A DNA stretch of 64,000 nt from the human T2T-CHM13v2.0 reference genome, Homo sapiens: NCBI RefSeq assembly GCF_009914755.1, contig NC_060947.1. The stretch is one strand, 5' to 3'. The translations under genes were made by a program, and so were the position numbers. The notes beneath the pieces are model-generated. The model made no database searches. It was not told the DNA's origin and saw only the letters and a list, made by a program, of their open reading frames with translations. The first letter of the stretch is position 1; every line of letters starts with the position of its first letter. Below, in pieces: positions 1 to 15,074 of this stretch.

Positions 1-576
1 TGCCCCCCACTCCTTGTCCTGGGTTGGGAGAGGCAGGGGGAAAGAGGCCCTCTCAAGGGTGTCAGCTGCCTGGGTCTCCCAAGAGCGGTCCCCCACCCGC
101 GGAGTCCTCCACATGGCTCCCGTGTGGGCCTCTGACTTCATGCCCAGGCCCTCCTGGGGCTCTTCCCTGACCTTGGCTTCCAGCCTGAGGTTACACATGT
201 GGCCACTCTGACCCTTCTGAAAGCCCTGAGCGCCGCCCCCCCCACCCCACCCCGCAGTGCTGTCAGGGATCCTGGATACCAGGACCTAGCCTACTGTCCC
301 TCTGCCTGTCTGCAACGTCCAAACCACCTACTCCTGGGAGGTGATCAGCGTGCCCTGGGAACCCAATCAGCCCCTGCTCAAGACTACCACGCCATCCCGT
401 GCAGCCCAGGGGACCACACAGACCCTCAGGGACCAAGCACCCCACACACCCCGATGTTAGCCCAGCCACTGTGGCACCTCACCTCACCTTGTCCCCAGCC
501 AACACTGCACCCCGCACCCCGCACCCCATGCAGTTTCCCACAGCAGAGGCGAGGCCGGCTGGAACACTGAATGAAA

Positions 577-582
577 TTTATT
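577..582 (-). terminator. Candidate polyadenylation signal (AATAAA) of the PNMA6 transcript
   Basis: Plus-strand TTTATT = minus AATAAA, ~740 nt downstream of the PNMA6 stop, in a short AT-rich patch within GC-rich DNA. Confidence 0.6.
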
Positions 583-1316
583 GAAGAGAGATATGTACTG
601 AAACCGTTGAAGAGAAGGGAATCACAACACAGAAGCTGCAAATGGCCACCACAGGACACAGGTCGGGACCCCCCTCCTCCTGGGGGAACACCCACCCCAG
701 GTCTAGGAAACTCAGTAACAAGTAACAACAGGGGTGGAACGCCAAAGCACAAAGTTCACTGGGGAAACTCAGACAGCCCCACTCCATCCCGGGTCCTGTT
801 CTTTCTCCCACAGTCATGGTCACCATCGCTGTCACGGGATGAGTGTCCACTGTGCCCTGGTGCCTTCTTTCCGCCATCTCCCGGGACTGCGCTGGGGTCC
901 TCTGGGGAGGAGCTGCTCAGAGAAGAACACACACGGCTCCACAAAAACAAGCAGCCCCTGGCCTAGATCTACGCAGGGAAAGCAGAGGTGGTGCTCACGA
1001 TACGGGAGAGCAGTGAGCACAACCTGGGCTCCCAGGAAGCTCACAGCACGTGCCCCTGGCACTGGAGGGGCGCCTCCCCCCACCCCATTTGGTATTAAAT
1101 GTGGTCATCTGGGTCACCGGGAAGGTGGTGGTGGGCAGGGCCCCTTGGGGGGAAGTGGGGGGCCCCGATCCCGATGTGGGGTGAGGGACCGGCCCTGGCC
1201 CGGCCTCCGCCTGTCTCCAGGGCCCTGCTGCCTGAGAGGAGGAGAGGAGGCCCCGGGGCCCTCGGAGCCTATTTGCCCGGGGAGGACTCGCGCTGGGCTG
1301 CCTCCCCAGCCCCAAC

Positions 1317-3600
<2,284 letters not shown>

Positions 3601-5051
3601 TCAGGGAGCCGGGTTCTGGGGCCTGTGCACCTGCTCTTGTCCTCCCCCTCCCCGTCCAGGACTGGTCCTCTGGCTGGCAAGGCCAGGCGAGGCCAGGGGC
3701 ACCTGGTGCGGGTGCCATTCCGTGGAGGAGATGCCCCAGGCGCTCACGCAGCTCACGCACACCATCCTACGGAGGGTCTGCCATCTCCCCGCTGCCCATC
3801 CGGCTTCAGGGACCCGCAGCCCTCCGGCCGAAGCACTTTGCTGCCCTGGTGCCAGGAGCCAGCACCTAGGAGGGTGACCCAGCACCCAAGTATGCCCGGG
3901 CCTCGTCCGTTTTGCAGCCGCAAGTCCCGAGTCTGGGTCTCTGCCTGAGTGTGTGCCTGGAAAGGTAGTCCGCGCGGAGTGGGCTACTCAATTTGTCCCC
4001 TGCCCCCTGTGCCCTCACCAGCCTGATGGGCTCTGGGACATTGCTCTCTTGGCCCTGAGGGCAGCATGGGTGTCGTACCTCCCTGGAGACCTCCGTCTGT
4101 CAGGGCCTGAGTCAGCCTTCCATAGGTCCTTCCCCAGTCCTCTGTTGCCGGGGCTAGACACTGCGCCAGGGCAGAGCAGCCTCCGCTCAAAACAGAGATT
4201 CTGCGCCCGTGGATCTGACCACCCTGCACCTGACCCATCATGGGAGGCTGGGGCCATGTGAACAGCATCTCCACCAGGCAGGTGGCAAACAGGTTCCCAC
4301 GGGGTCACACCTCTGGGTGTCGTTCCCTCATCCCCTTCTCTTTCCTTGCCTGACCTCCTGTTTGGCAACTTGCTGGCCAAGGTTTCCCCCAAGCGTCCAG
4401 CTCGCCCAAGCTCCTTGCTGAATCACAGCCCCAGAGTATTTGTCTATGACCCTGGGGATGGACATTCCGGTCCTTCCCACTGTTTGGCTGTTGCAGACAC
4501 TGCTGCCAGTGGCATCCCGCATGCCTGTCTGAGCCACCACCGTCAGCCAGAAAGACTCTGGGGTGCACAGCAGGCAGTGGCTCTGCTGGGACTTGGGCTG
4601 TGCCTATCAACGCCACAACCAAGCATTGCTCATCTGTGACCTCCGGTGCGTGGCTGAACCCATGTTCCCTCGCACTGGCAGCGTGGGAGCGGTCCTGGGT
4701 TCCTACAGCCCGAGCAGCCTTTGGTCCTGTCCAGCCTCGCCTGCTTGCCCATCCCACGGGGAGAGACACCACCTCATCGCTGTGTGCCTTGCGTTTCCCC
4801 GAGCGGTGGCGAGGTCGTGCATCCTCTCACTGGCCGTTCCTGGTTCCTCTTCTGTGAATCTCCTTTGCTCCTTTCCTCCTCATCTCGCAGATGACAGGCG
4901 TCATTGGCCCGTTTCCAGGAGAAAGTTCCTAGCGTCAAGATCGAAGCCTTTCTCCTTTTGTGATATAAGCCATGGCCAGTCTATCACGTTGCCCAGAAGC
5001 AGGTCGCATTGGAGTGGGCCTCACAATTAGACTTTGGCTTGCCCGTATGGT

Positions 5052-5509
5052 TGTGAAAGGTTTCAGAATCAAGATGGAGTCACTTGTTGTTCAAGCAAAC
5101 AAAAATCCAAAAACCTGACAAATAGAGCTGTGGAGGGCCACCTAGGCAGGGTTCCCATGCACGAATGCCTGATAACAAAAGCTATCACGGAAGACTGCAA
5201 AACCCACAAATTTGCACAAAGGCTGTTGCAACCTGACACAAATAATACTTCTGTGAGGACACCTGCCCAGCAACTTCCTGTCCAAGCCCCTGACCAATGC
5301 TACCCTTGTTATTCATCCTTGTAGCCAAAGATCATTATGTCAAAACAATTATGTAATCCTCTTCACTTGTCCTGAAAAACCTTTGTCTGCCTTCCCCTGC
5401 CTGAATATGCACATAGTTCACTAGGGCGCACGCGTCCCCACTGCAGTGCCTATTTCTGAATACCATTCTTATAGGGAGGCTCCCTCTCTGTGTGGTACTT
5501 AGGTTGGCA
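5052..5509 (+). mobile_element. Solo ERV1 LTR, MER65-like
   Basis: Begins TGTGAAAGG..CAGAATCAAGATGGAGTCAC and ends AGGTTGGCA; flanked by a 4-bp target-site duplication TGGT (5048-5051, 5510-5513). Confidence 0.75.
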
Positions 5510-7028
5510 TGGTCTTGCTCCCCAGGCTTTTCTACCTCCCAGGTAGTAAACGTGGGGTCAGCGAAGAAACGCATGTCTTCTGTCACAAAGCAGCCTCCCC
5601 GGTTGGGCTCGTGTGTCCAGTCCTCCCCGCCCCCCTGCCCCCCACCGCTTCTCCCCCTTGAGGGCCAAGACTGCTTGTTCTCATTCAGGCAAACTGCTGC
5701 TCTTTACCTCTGCTGTGAGAGTGTCTGTCTATCGAACCTTTAGTGTTAGACTTGTCACGGCTTATACCACATATTGTCCTCTCTCTTGTTTTCAGCCGTG
5801 ATTTTTCTGGAGTCCTTCTTCAGAAAGGGCACCGACCCCCCCCCCCCTCCCCCCCCCCCCGCCTCGGCCGCCCCCGCCCTGGGAACATCTGTGGGTCTGG
5901 TGTCTCCAACTGGCCCAGCCAGCCCACCGGCCGGCTCGCAACTAATTTCCTGTTTTCGGCCTTGTCTCTTCCCACTCTCCTTCCTTCTGCACCTGCTGAC
6001 TCCAAGTCCAGGACGCTGCAGGACACCCATTGCCCCCCGCCAACCCCGGGCAAGGCTGGGCTGTGACACGTCAACTGTCTTTCTTTTGTCAGTCCTCTGT
6101 CCCCATTGTCTCCACCTCTCAACACAGTTGACTCTCCTTCCTTCTCAAAACCATTTCCTTTCTCAGCTTCTTCCTCTCCCCCACCCCACTTTTGGGCTGA
6201 CCTCCTCCCTCTCTACCTGCCTCTCTGCCCTTGGACCTTCCTCCTCCTCCTCCTACTTTGCTGGATCTAAGCGTGGTGGGGGCGGGCTCCCAGCCTCAAC
6301 CCTGGGACATACGGCACCTCCGATGAATGCTCTGTCTCTGGACGTGACCTCTCTTCCAAGCTCCGCACGTACCCATCCATCTGCCCACGTGGATGCCCCG
6401 CAGACATTTCAGAGCTAAGATGTTCAAACCGGAGGGCTTCGTCCCCTTCACCATGCCTACACTGTCCCCGGGCTTCCCCCTCTGTGCAAAGGGCTCTGCC
6501 TCCTACCTGGTGACTCAAACAAAGCAGCCAAGATTCTCTCCCCTCTCCTTTGTTCCTCACTCCCAAATCTAACCCATCATTGGATTTTGTTGACTCTGCT
6601 CCAAGACTGCTACCCTTCTCATCTCCGTGGTCCTTGGCCCGCCCTGCCTCCTGTTCTCCCTGCCTCCACTCCGCTTCCTCCCTGCTCCACCAACACCCCC
6701 TCAGCAGCCAGGGTGATCTTTTTGCAACACCACCAGACCCTGCTCCTCCCTGTGGCACCCCATCTCCTTAGAGTAATCTCAAAGTCCCCATCCTGGTCAA
6801 GAGCACCCCCCACGCTGCTCCTGGGGATCTGGCTTCCTCTGATGCTCTCCTTCCTTCCCCGAAATCCACCCCATGTTGCCATGCCCCCAGCTCCTCTCAC
6901 CACATTCCTGCCGATCTGGCCTGTTCAGCTGGCCCCAAAGCACAGGGCTTGTTCCCACCTTCGGCCTTTGCCATCCCTCCTTCCTCTGTGTGAGCCATCC
7001 AGGCCCAAGAACCTTCTGTGGCAGCAGC

Positions 7029-7124
7029 TTCCTCCTGCTCTTCCTCTCCCTCCTCCTCCTCCTCCTCCTATTCCTCCTCCTCCCCCTCCTCCTCCTCCCC
7101 CTCCTCCTGCACCTCCTCCTCCTT
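7029..7124. repeat. (CCT)n low-complexity tract
   Basis: Imperfect CCT repeat read directly. Confidence 0.9.
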
Positions 7125-7332
7125 CATGTCTCAGCTGAACTGTCCCCTCCTCCCATAGGCCCCCTCTGCTGGGACACACAAATCACGTGCCCTCGGTTTA
7201 TATTCTTATTGGCGGCATCAGTACATGTGTCGGCACGTGAGAAATGCTGGTCTGAGTCTTTGCTTTTGGGTATCAGGGGCTCCCTCCCCAGGTGGCAAGC
7301 TAGAGCCCCAGAAGGTGGGGTGGACTTGCCTG

Positions 7333-7792
7333 TGTGTCTAGCCCATTTGCACTGCTATAGCAAAATACCTGAGACTGGGTAACTTGCAAAGAACAGAAAT
7401 GTATTGCTCCCAATTCTGGGGGCTGGGAAGCTCAAAGTCAAGGCACTGGAGACTGGGAAACTTACAAAAGAACAGAAATTTCTTGTTCCCAATTCCGGAG
7501 GCTGGGAAGCCCAAGATCAAGGCACCAGTAGGTTCAGCATCTGGTGGGGGCTCAGTCTCTCCTTCCAAGATGGTGTCTTGTGCCTGTGTCCTCACATGGT
7601 CGTGGGGAGGGAACAGCAAAAAGGGGGCTTACCTAGTGCTTTCCAGCCTTTTACAAGGGACTCCTCTCATCCCCGAGGGCTCTGCCCCCATGGTCTCATT
7701 GCCTCCTAAAGGTCTCACCCCTTAACACTGCTGCGTTAGGGACAAACTTTCAACATGAATTTTGGCAGGGACACAACGTTCAAACCGTAGTA
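7333..7792 (-). mobile_element. MaLR LTR (MSTD/MLT1A-like) with an internal 78-bp tandem duplication
   Basis: Typical MaLR antisense motifs CTGCTATAGCAAAATACCTGAGACTGGGTAA, GGCTGGGAAG..CAAGATCAAGGCACCAG, CAACATGAATTTTGG..GGGACACA. Confidence 0.8.
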
Positions 7793-9286
7793 CAGCGTTT
7801 CCTACCCTGAGATCCCCAGCACCTAGAACAGAGTGTGGCCCAGAGGAGGCTCTCGGTGCCTTCTTTCCAGCAAGTGCCTGAATCTGTCAGCCTGCTCCAG
7901 CCTGCCAGGGTACCGGGACCTTATCCTGAGGGCTGTGGGGAGCCCCGATGGGTTTGAAGCCAGGAGGTGGTGATGCTGAGACCGGCCGGCCAGACGTCTG
8001 GGGGAACTAATCAGCAGGATGGGAAGCCTGGAGCAGCGAGGGGGCTGCAGCCCAAGTCCAGGCCCCCCCGACCCCGGGGCTGGGCAAGGAGGGTCTAAGG
8101 GAAAGCAGAAGATACAGGCTCTAGAGAGGGAGAAGGCCCGGGGAGGGCTCAGGCAGGGTCCCGGGTTCCTTGTTGTGTGTGGACCGGGTGGAAGGCAGGA
8201 CCCTTGTCTGACATGGGGATCATGCTGGCAGTTGTCTTTCCTCTTGCCTTTTGTGGAAAGAGGGGTGACGGGCATGGGGATGAGTTCCTGTGGCCGTGGT
8301 CACATTCAAGTGGCTCGTGTGACACCCAGGTAGACATTCGCTCTGCCCTCTTCCTCCCTCCCGCCAGCCTGCCACTCTCCATCTTCCCGTCCCTCCCCAC
8401 CCTGCCCTGCAGCACCCAGCCCTGCCCTGTGGGCAGGCAGACTCCCTGGTAAAGGTAGAGGAATTGTATAGGTGGCCCCTGCTTGGTTTGGCTCCCAGAG
8501 GCTTCCATCTTTTTGGCTTGGTCCCCCTGATTGCCAGCAGAAGGCACTGCACAGAGCCAGCGTGCCCAGCAGATGTTGGACACCTGAAGGGATAAACACG
8601 GAAGCACTGTACTGTGAGGTGGCACTTGATTGGAGATGCTGCAATCAAGATTCACAGAAGGCTCTGGGTTGCTTGGTGACCAGACGCCTCCGTAGAGCAC
8701 CTGCTGTAGTACTGGCTCTTGAGAAACAAGTCCCAAGGACAGCCAGCCTTGCTGAGTGCCTCCAACGCAGGCCGGGACGCAGAGGAGGTCTCCGTGTGTG
8801 TTTCTCCCCACCTGGTTGCCTCCCAGCTGGCTGACCTCGGACGTGTCCCTTACAGCCTCCACAGGTTGAGTGGGAGCATTGTCTGCTCTTGAACCAAGAA
8901 GGGCTTCTTTGCTGTGCACCACAATGTCCGAGGGCCCAGGCTCTGCACAGCCAACGGGGGCCCCCTTGTGTCCTCCAGGGAGAGCCTGGGGCTCCTCCCT
9001 ACCGTCCTACCTCAGGCAGGGCCAAAGCTCCCCAGTCTGTGGCTTCGGGCCAGCTCCCCACCGGCCGCGGCCTGCTCTGACTGCTCAGAAGCTTCTTCCT
9101 CCAATGCCCTCTTTGATTCTGCTCCCGACGGCTCTCTGCCCTGCCCAGAGCCCACGACAGGCCCTTGGGCTGCCAGGCTAGCACCTGCCTCCTGCCATAT
9201 GACCCTGCCATTCCCTGGCTGGCTGCCCCTACCTGGGGTGGGGGGAGCAGTACTTCCTCAGCTTCTGTCTGGCTGTGCCCCACCCA

Positions 9287-9360
9287 CACACACACTGAAA
9301 CACACACACACACACACACACACGCACGCACGCACGCACACGCACGCATGCACATGCACG
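9287..9360. repeat. (CA)n/(CACG)n microsatellite
   Basis: Read directly. Confidence 0.9.
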
Positions 9361-9675
9361 TACAACCTGCCCTGCCCCTAGCCTGTCCTCCGCAGCCTCA
9401 CAGGTGCAGGTGGCTCCTTCCCACCTAGCAGGGTTTTTCTGAGGGACAACCCGATGTGGCACGCCATGCTTCCCAGACTCAGGGTCCTGCTGGGCTGAAT
9501 AAGTGTGAGCTTGTTCTGCGTTGGTCCTTGACACAGCTGGTTGCCTGTGGCACAGTCTTCAACTCATTGAAGTCAAGTCCCTCTGGAGGAGTGTGGTTTG
9601 GGGAGAAGAAGGCGTTGGTTGCTTTGGGGATGTCAGGCTGCCACGGCGTGTTGTACTGGGCCGTGTCCCCTCAGG

Positions 9676-9890
9676 GGCTGCACTGTCCAATAGAAACATT
9701 ATGCAAGATATTTATGTGTTTTCAAAATCTTCTAGTAGCCTCATTTAGAAGAATTTTGCCTTATTTAAAAGTAACTGGTGAAATTAATTTTAATGATGTG
9801 TTTTATTTAACTCGACATATCCAAAAGTGTTATCATTTCAATGACTGATCAGTATAAACAGTTACCGATTTGATAGTTTACCTTCTTCTT
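9676..9890. mobile_element. hAT-Charlie DNA transposon fragment, MER33-like
   Basis: CTGTCCAATAGAAA...TCTAGTAGCC...GGTGAAATTAATTTTAAT...TATCCAAAA matches the recalled MER33 consensus. Confidence 0.7.
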
Positions 9891-10649
9891 TTGCAATAAC
9901 TCATCACTCACGGTTTCTTCCTCCTCTTCCAGCACTGCCTTCCCAGTGTTCCACCATTCCCCAAAAGGATTCCACCATTCCTCAGAAGAGGGAAGGCTGA
10001 TGGGCTGACAGTCTGTTCAGGGGTGAGCTGGGGTTTGGTTTTCCTCCTTTAGGACTCCTTTAACTCTTGGGGATGCACTGTCCCCCTCTGCCCCGGAGTG
10101 TCTGCTGACCTATTATAGTTTCTCCCCAGGAGCTTAAGCCTCAAGTCCCTCACTTCCATCAATTGCCCATCTCAGAGGAAGGTGGGCACAATAGAACATC
10201 TGGCTAAAATTTTCTCCTTTCCACCTGCCATTTGATCATTCATCACACCTTTGAGAGCTGCTCTGTGCTTCAACATTTTCTATTATGCGAAGTGTGATAC
10301 CCAGCCCGGGGCCATCGGGGAACTTAGGGTGTTTTCAGGCAGGGGGTGTGGGACAAGCCATGAACATAAAATGATGAAATGACAAGAAACTGCAAAATTA
10401 ACTGCCCATATCAGAAGTTTAAACACGAAGTGATATCAGGGACAAAAGAAGGAGAAATGCATGCTGCATTTGGAGACTTGGAAGTGAGAGGCAGCGGCAT
10501 TCCAGGCTAGAGGAGAGCAAAGGCTTAGGGACAGAAATGAGCACAGCCTTTTCAGGGACTAGTGAGAAGACAGGCCAAGGGTGTGTTGGGGCAAAGGTCC
10601 AGGTTTCATGCACAGAGTGAACCTAGGTGCTGTCTATACCCTTTGAAAA

Positions 10650-10980
10650 AAAGTTTGTATTTTGGTAAAATACACATAGCATAAAATGTACCATCTTAAC
10701 TCTTTTTAAGTGTACAGTCCAATAACATCAGCACATTCAGTGTTGTGCAGCCATCACCACCATCCAGCCATAGAACTTGCTCATCTCCCCAAATAGAAAC
10801 ACTGTCCCCATTCAACACCAACTCCCCAACCTCTCCCCCATCCCCTGGCACCCACAAGTCTACTCTCTGTCTCTATGGATTTGACCACTCTAGGGACCTC
10901 CTGTGAGTGGAATCCTACACTATTTGTCCTTTTGTGTCTGGCTTCTTTCACTGAGTACAATGTCCTCAAAGTTGATATCC
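10650..10980 (-). mobile_element. L1MB-type 3' end fragment
   Basis: GGTAAAATACACATAGCATAAAATGTACCAT...TTTTAAGTGTACAG...CTCTATGGATTTG...GTGGAATC signature. Confidence 0.8.
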
Positions 10981-12699
10981 ACACCCTTGGCTACCGGTAT
11001 CACTGGACAATAGTGTAGGCATTGGGAAGTGGGGAAAATTTGCAGATGATGGTTGCTCTGTCATAGTGGTAATTTAGGGTAAGACTATAGGGTGTGTGGA
11101 GGAGGGAAGATCCAAAGTGACCTGATGTTTTGTTTTTACTTGGAAGGCTAGCAGAATGATGGTCCCCATGTGACTTAAGTGAGAAACCATTAATGGGCCT
11201 TAGAAAGCCCTCCAATAATCCATTATTTAGCACATTGGAAAGGTTTCAAAGATTGAATTCGCTGAACCATGCCAATATGTAAAAGAAAAAAGACAAAAAG
11301 CCCCCACTTTTTTCTGGTCAGTTAGCGCAGGTAGTCACTCCTGGATTCCCGGAGTGTTTTCCGTAGTCCAGTAATGGGCTGCAGCCTGCTCAGGCCTGTA
11401 CAGAGACCCCAAGGAAATGGTTGGTTACTCTGTGGTGCCAGCTACTTGTTTTCACCAAATATCAGGAAAACAGGCAGGAGAGAGTTTCATCTTTTACTGT
11501 TGTATTAGTCACAATAAAGAAAGCATTTAGTTCTAGAGATTTTAGGTAAGTTTTCAAATTAAGAAATTCAGGTAAATTTTCAAAGTAGCAAACTTAAAAA
11601 AATCATATTGTATATAAGATCTACAAACCTAATAATGTCATTGTAAGGATATATTTTTCAAAATCAGGTAAGTGGATTTAGAACAGAAAATAAATGAGTA
11701 AGTTTCAGGTTTCCTTCATCTTCATTGTTTGTGTTTGGAGGTATGAACAGGTGCAAGGACTTAAGAGGCCCTGACGTCTGAATAAGACAGATTATTGGTT
11801 TACATCATTGATGCTAATTTGTTAAGCATGACTTACACACCCAAAGCACAGAAATTGAGAGAGATGTAGTGTAAAGGAATCAGTTCTTTCACAGACATTA
11901 GAACAAATGGAGTTAAATTGCATTTTATGGACTAGAGAGGATACACCTCCTTCGTTTTTAATATCCCCATGTATAAAATTGTATTTTCAATTGCTTTTAT
12001 AATACAATGAAAAAATTCAGCTGTGTAGTGTAAACATGTTGGCCAATATTAACCTCACAGCACTAGCTTTAGTCTTCCTTCTTGGGGACTGGTTTGTTCA
12101 CTTTTACTTATTGGCCTTTGGGGACACAGGGACTGAGACCTCCTCTGTTTGCTTGTGGGGAACGGGGTTTGCTGAACCCGGGACTACTTGTCTGCTCCTG
12201 TAGAAATGACTGGGACTCCAGAGTGCAGCTCCGAAAAAGTGAGCTCCTTTAGAAGCTCCAAGGCTCTAGCACCTGAGGTGTGTTCTCAGGTACCAACCAC
12301 ACAGGTGGCAATTCCAGATACCAAGTATGATCAGATCATCTCTTGTTTAGATGTCTGACTTCCATGAATTTGCCTGTACTCCTAGGGCCAGCCTGTTCTG
12401 GGCCTTGACTCACTTTTTATAGGCAGCAGTCTTGATTGTCTGTCTGCCAACCACTCATCCCATCCTTTGTGACATGGTTCAGGCCATCTGCTAGCTAAGA
12501 CCCCCTGTCCCCTGCCTCTGAATCCCACTGCTTACTCACGACTCTTCTCTTCTGTGAGGGTGTCTGTGGTCAATCCAATCTACTTTGTTCTTTCACTTGA
12601 ATACTTGTCCTGAAGGTGGACTCTTTACTTAAGTCCTTGCTATCATTTGGTATGTCATTGCTTGTTGTGCTTGTTATCCTTTTTCTTTCTTTTTTTCCA

Positions 12700-13007
<308 letters not shown>

Positions 13008-13269
13008 TAAAAAATATGTTTCAGTAACACTAACAACTTACAGAAGAAAAATAAATTGTTCATAACCCTATTACTTACATGGGTGATTTCAAATTTGTGT
13101 ATTTCCTTCTAGTTTTTGTCCTTTTGGATATCTATTTTTGTTATCATAGTCTCTTTTTTTCATGTATACATATAATTTTGGGTTTCTAGATGTTTTAAAT
13201 CCCTGAGAAGACAGTGGGGGCATTTTTAGGACCGGATGGTAACTGCCTTTGAACTTGAAGGGTTTTAAA

Positions 13270-13650
13270 GATGAGTGCAAACGCATTGGAGACATAAAAG
13301 AGCATAATGTATTGAGGGAACAGTGAAAAGGAGTTTTCCTAGAGCATAGGGTCTACAGGATCAGGAGTGGGAGGCAATGAGGTCAGACAAGTAGACTGAG
13401 AAAGGTCTAGAATGCCACTTGAAGGAATTTGACTTCATCCTAGGTGTGCCTACAGAGGTTGTTCAACAGAAACCTGCTGTGCCTAGGTTTGCATTTCAGA
13501 AGGGTCACCCTGGTGGCAATGTAGACATTGGAATGATAGAATGCGAGACTGGAGGTTGCAGTCACAAGACAGTGGCAGTAATCCAATAGAAAGCTAGATG
13601 AAGCCCAGGGCAGTTGGGATAGCTCCCCTCGGAGCAGTGGATGTGAAGGG
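13270..13650 (-). mobile_element. L2 fragment
   Basis: AGGAATTTGACTTCATCCTA, GGTTTGCATTTCAGAAGGGTCACCCTGG, GCAGTAATCCA motifs of antisense L2. Confidence 0.6.
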
Positions 13651-13924
13651 TACCGAATCCCTTCTGCAAGGACTGCTGGTGCCATGGACCAAAGATACGA
13701 AGCATCCTATCCAAGTCTCACCCTCCTTACGAGAGCACCTCTTCTATCAAGCTACTCTCATTCACCCAGAATCACCATCTCACCACCCCACTTCTCTCCC
13801 TTCATTCTTTCTCCACCATACGGCCTGTACCATAAAATTAGCCAGTTGACTTTGTACTCAGGGCTTTCCTGCTCAAATTGCTTTTATCATTCACCGGACA
13901 AACATGTCTCAAGCAGGTAGAGAG

Positions 13925-14610
13925 CTGGGGTTGGAGAGGACTGGAATTGGAGTACTCAGAATACACTTAGGGCTAGGGTTGGAGTACTCAGCATACACCT
14001 AGGACTGAAGCTGAAGCACTCATTGTACACCTAGGGCTGTGGCTGGAGCACTCAGTGTACACCTAGGGCTGCGATTGGAACACTCATTGTGCACCTAGGG
14101 CTGGGGTTGGAGCACTCAGTGTATACCTAGGGCTGGGGTTGGAGCATTTGGTATAGACCCAGGGCTGGGGTTGGAGCATTGAGTGTACACCCAGGGCTGG
14201 GGTTATAGCACTAATTGTGCACCTAGGGCCGTGGTTGGAGCACTCAGTGTACACCCAGGGCTGGGGTTGGAGCACTCAGTGTACAACCATGGCTGGGGTT
14301 GGTGCACTCAGTGTACACCTAGGGCTGGGGCTGGAGTACTCAGTGTACACCCAGGGCTGGGTTTGGAGCACTCAGTGTACACCCAGGGCTTGGGTTAGAG
14401 CACTCATTGTGCACCTAGGACTGTGGTTGGAGCATTCAGTGTACACCTAAGGTTGTGGTTGGAGTACTCATTGTACACCTAGGTTTGAGTTTGGAGTACT
14501 CATGTGTACACCTAGGGCTGGGGTGGAATACTCATGTGTACCTAAGACTGTGGTTGGAGCACTCAGTGTACAACTAGGACTAGGGTTAGAGCACTCAGTA
14601 TACACCCAAG
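13925..14610. repeat. 32-bp minisatellite, ~21 copies
   Basis: Consensus CCTAGGGCTGGGGTTGGAGCACTCAGTGTACA; CTAGGG recurs at 14031, 14063, 14095 (period 32). Confidence 0.95.
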
Positions 14611-14949
14611 GACAAATCAAGCTAGGTGTTTTTTTTTTTTTGCCTCTGAAAGAATTCCCCATGTCCTTATGCTAGCACATAGGGGATCATTGGAATCTGC
14701 CTTAACTCTTTTCTTCCTAATGAAATGACTTTCTTCTCAGGAGCAGAGATGTATCTACTCCTTTTTATAGCTCCCACAGAGTGAAGCACTCAGCCTGGCA
14801 CGTGCTCAGTTGGCATTGAACTGGTGCAGAGGGGCCCTTGAATACTTTTGGACCACCTCCTGTCCATCTTCACCTCTTCCTACAATGCTGCCAACTCCAG
14901 CCCTCCCTGAGGAGGCTCAGAGTAAGTAGGAATGGTTTGGGCCTTTTAG

Positions 14950-15074
14950 GAGTCTGTGATATTTACAGCTGTACCCTTAGACTTCTGTCAGGAGAGGGTT
15001 GTACCTGGGCCTTGCTCAAAAGGCTATAGGGAGGAATGGGATGTTTGTGAGCTACAGGCCCCTGATCCTCCTGG
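14950..15074 (+). pseudogene. Degenerate KRAB-A box exon
   Basis: TTTTAG| then ESVIFTAVPLDFCQE / frameshift / GLYLGLAQKAIGRNGMFVSYRPLILL, against KRAB-A consensus [42 protein letters not shown]. Length 125 bp = canonical 127 minus 2; donor apparently mutated (G|TTAAGG). Confidence 0.7.

Larger units (their letters stand above)
6390..7850 (+). mobile_element. Ancient L2 LINE 3' fragment, interrupted by a CCT tract and a MaLR LTR
   Basis: L2-like motifs CAGCAGCCAGGGTGATCTTT and 3'-end CCCAGCACCTAGAACAG; boundaries approximate. Confidence 0.55.

Noticed and set aside
1-560. Centre of the PNMA6A/PNMA6B inverted duplication
   Set aside because: I could not find a reverse-complement copy of the PNMA6 3' end within the window; any partner arm lies outside it.
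4305-5030. Possible processed pseudogene (several 70-155 aa ORFs)
   Set aside because: No family recognisable, no poly-A tail or TSD seen; left unassigned.
6587-7382. Poly-Pro / poly-Leu / poly-Gly ORFs
   Set aside because: Translations of the CCT tract inside an L2 fragment.
13925-14610. CRISPR-like array of ~32-bp partly palindromic repeats
   Set aside because: Units are head-to-tail with no unique spacers, there are no cas genes, and the DNA is mammalian; it is a minisatellite.
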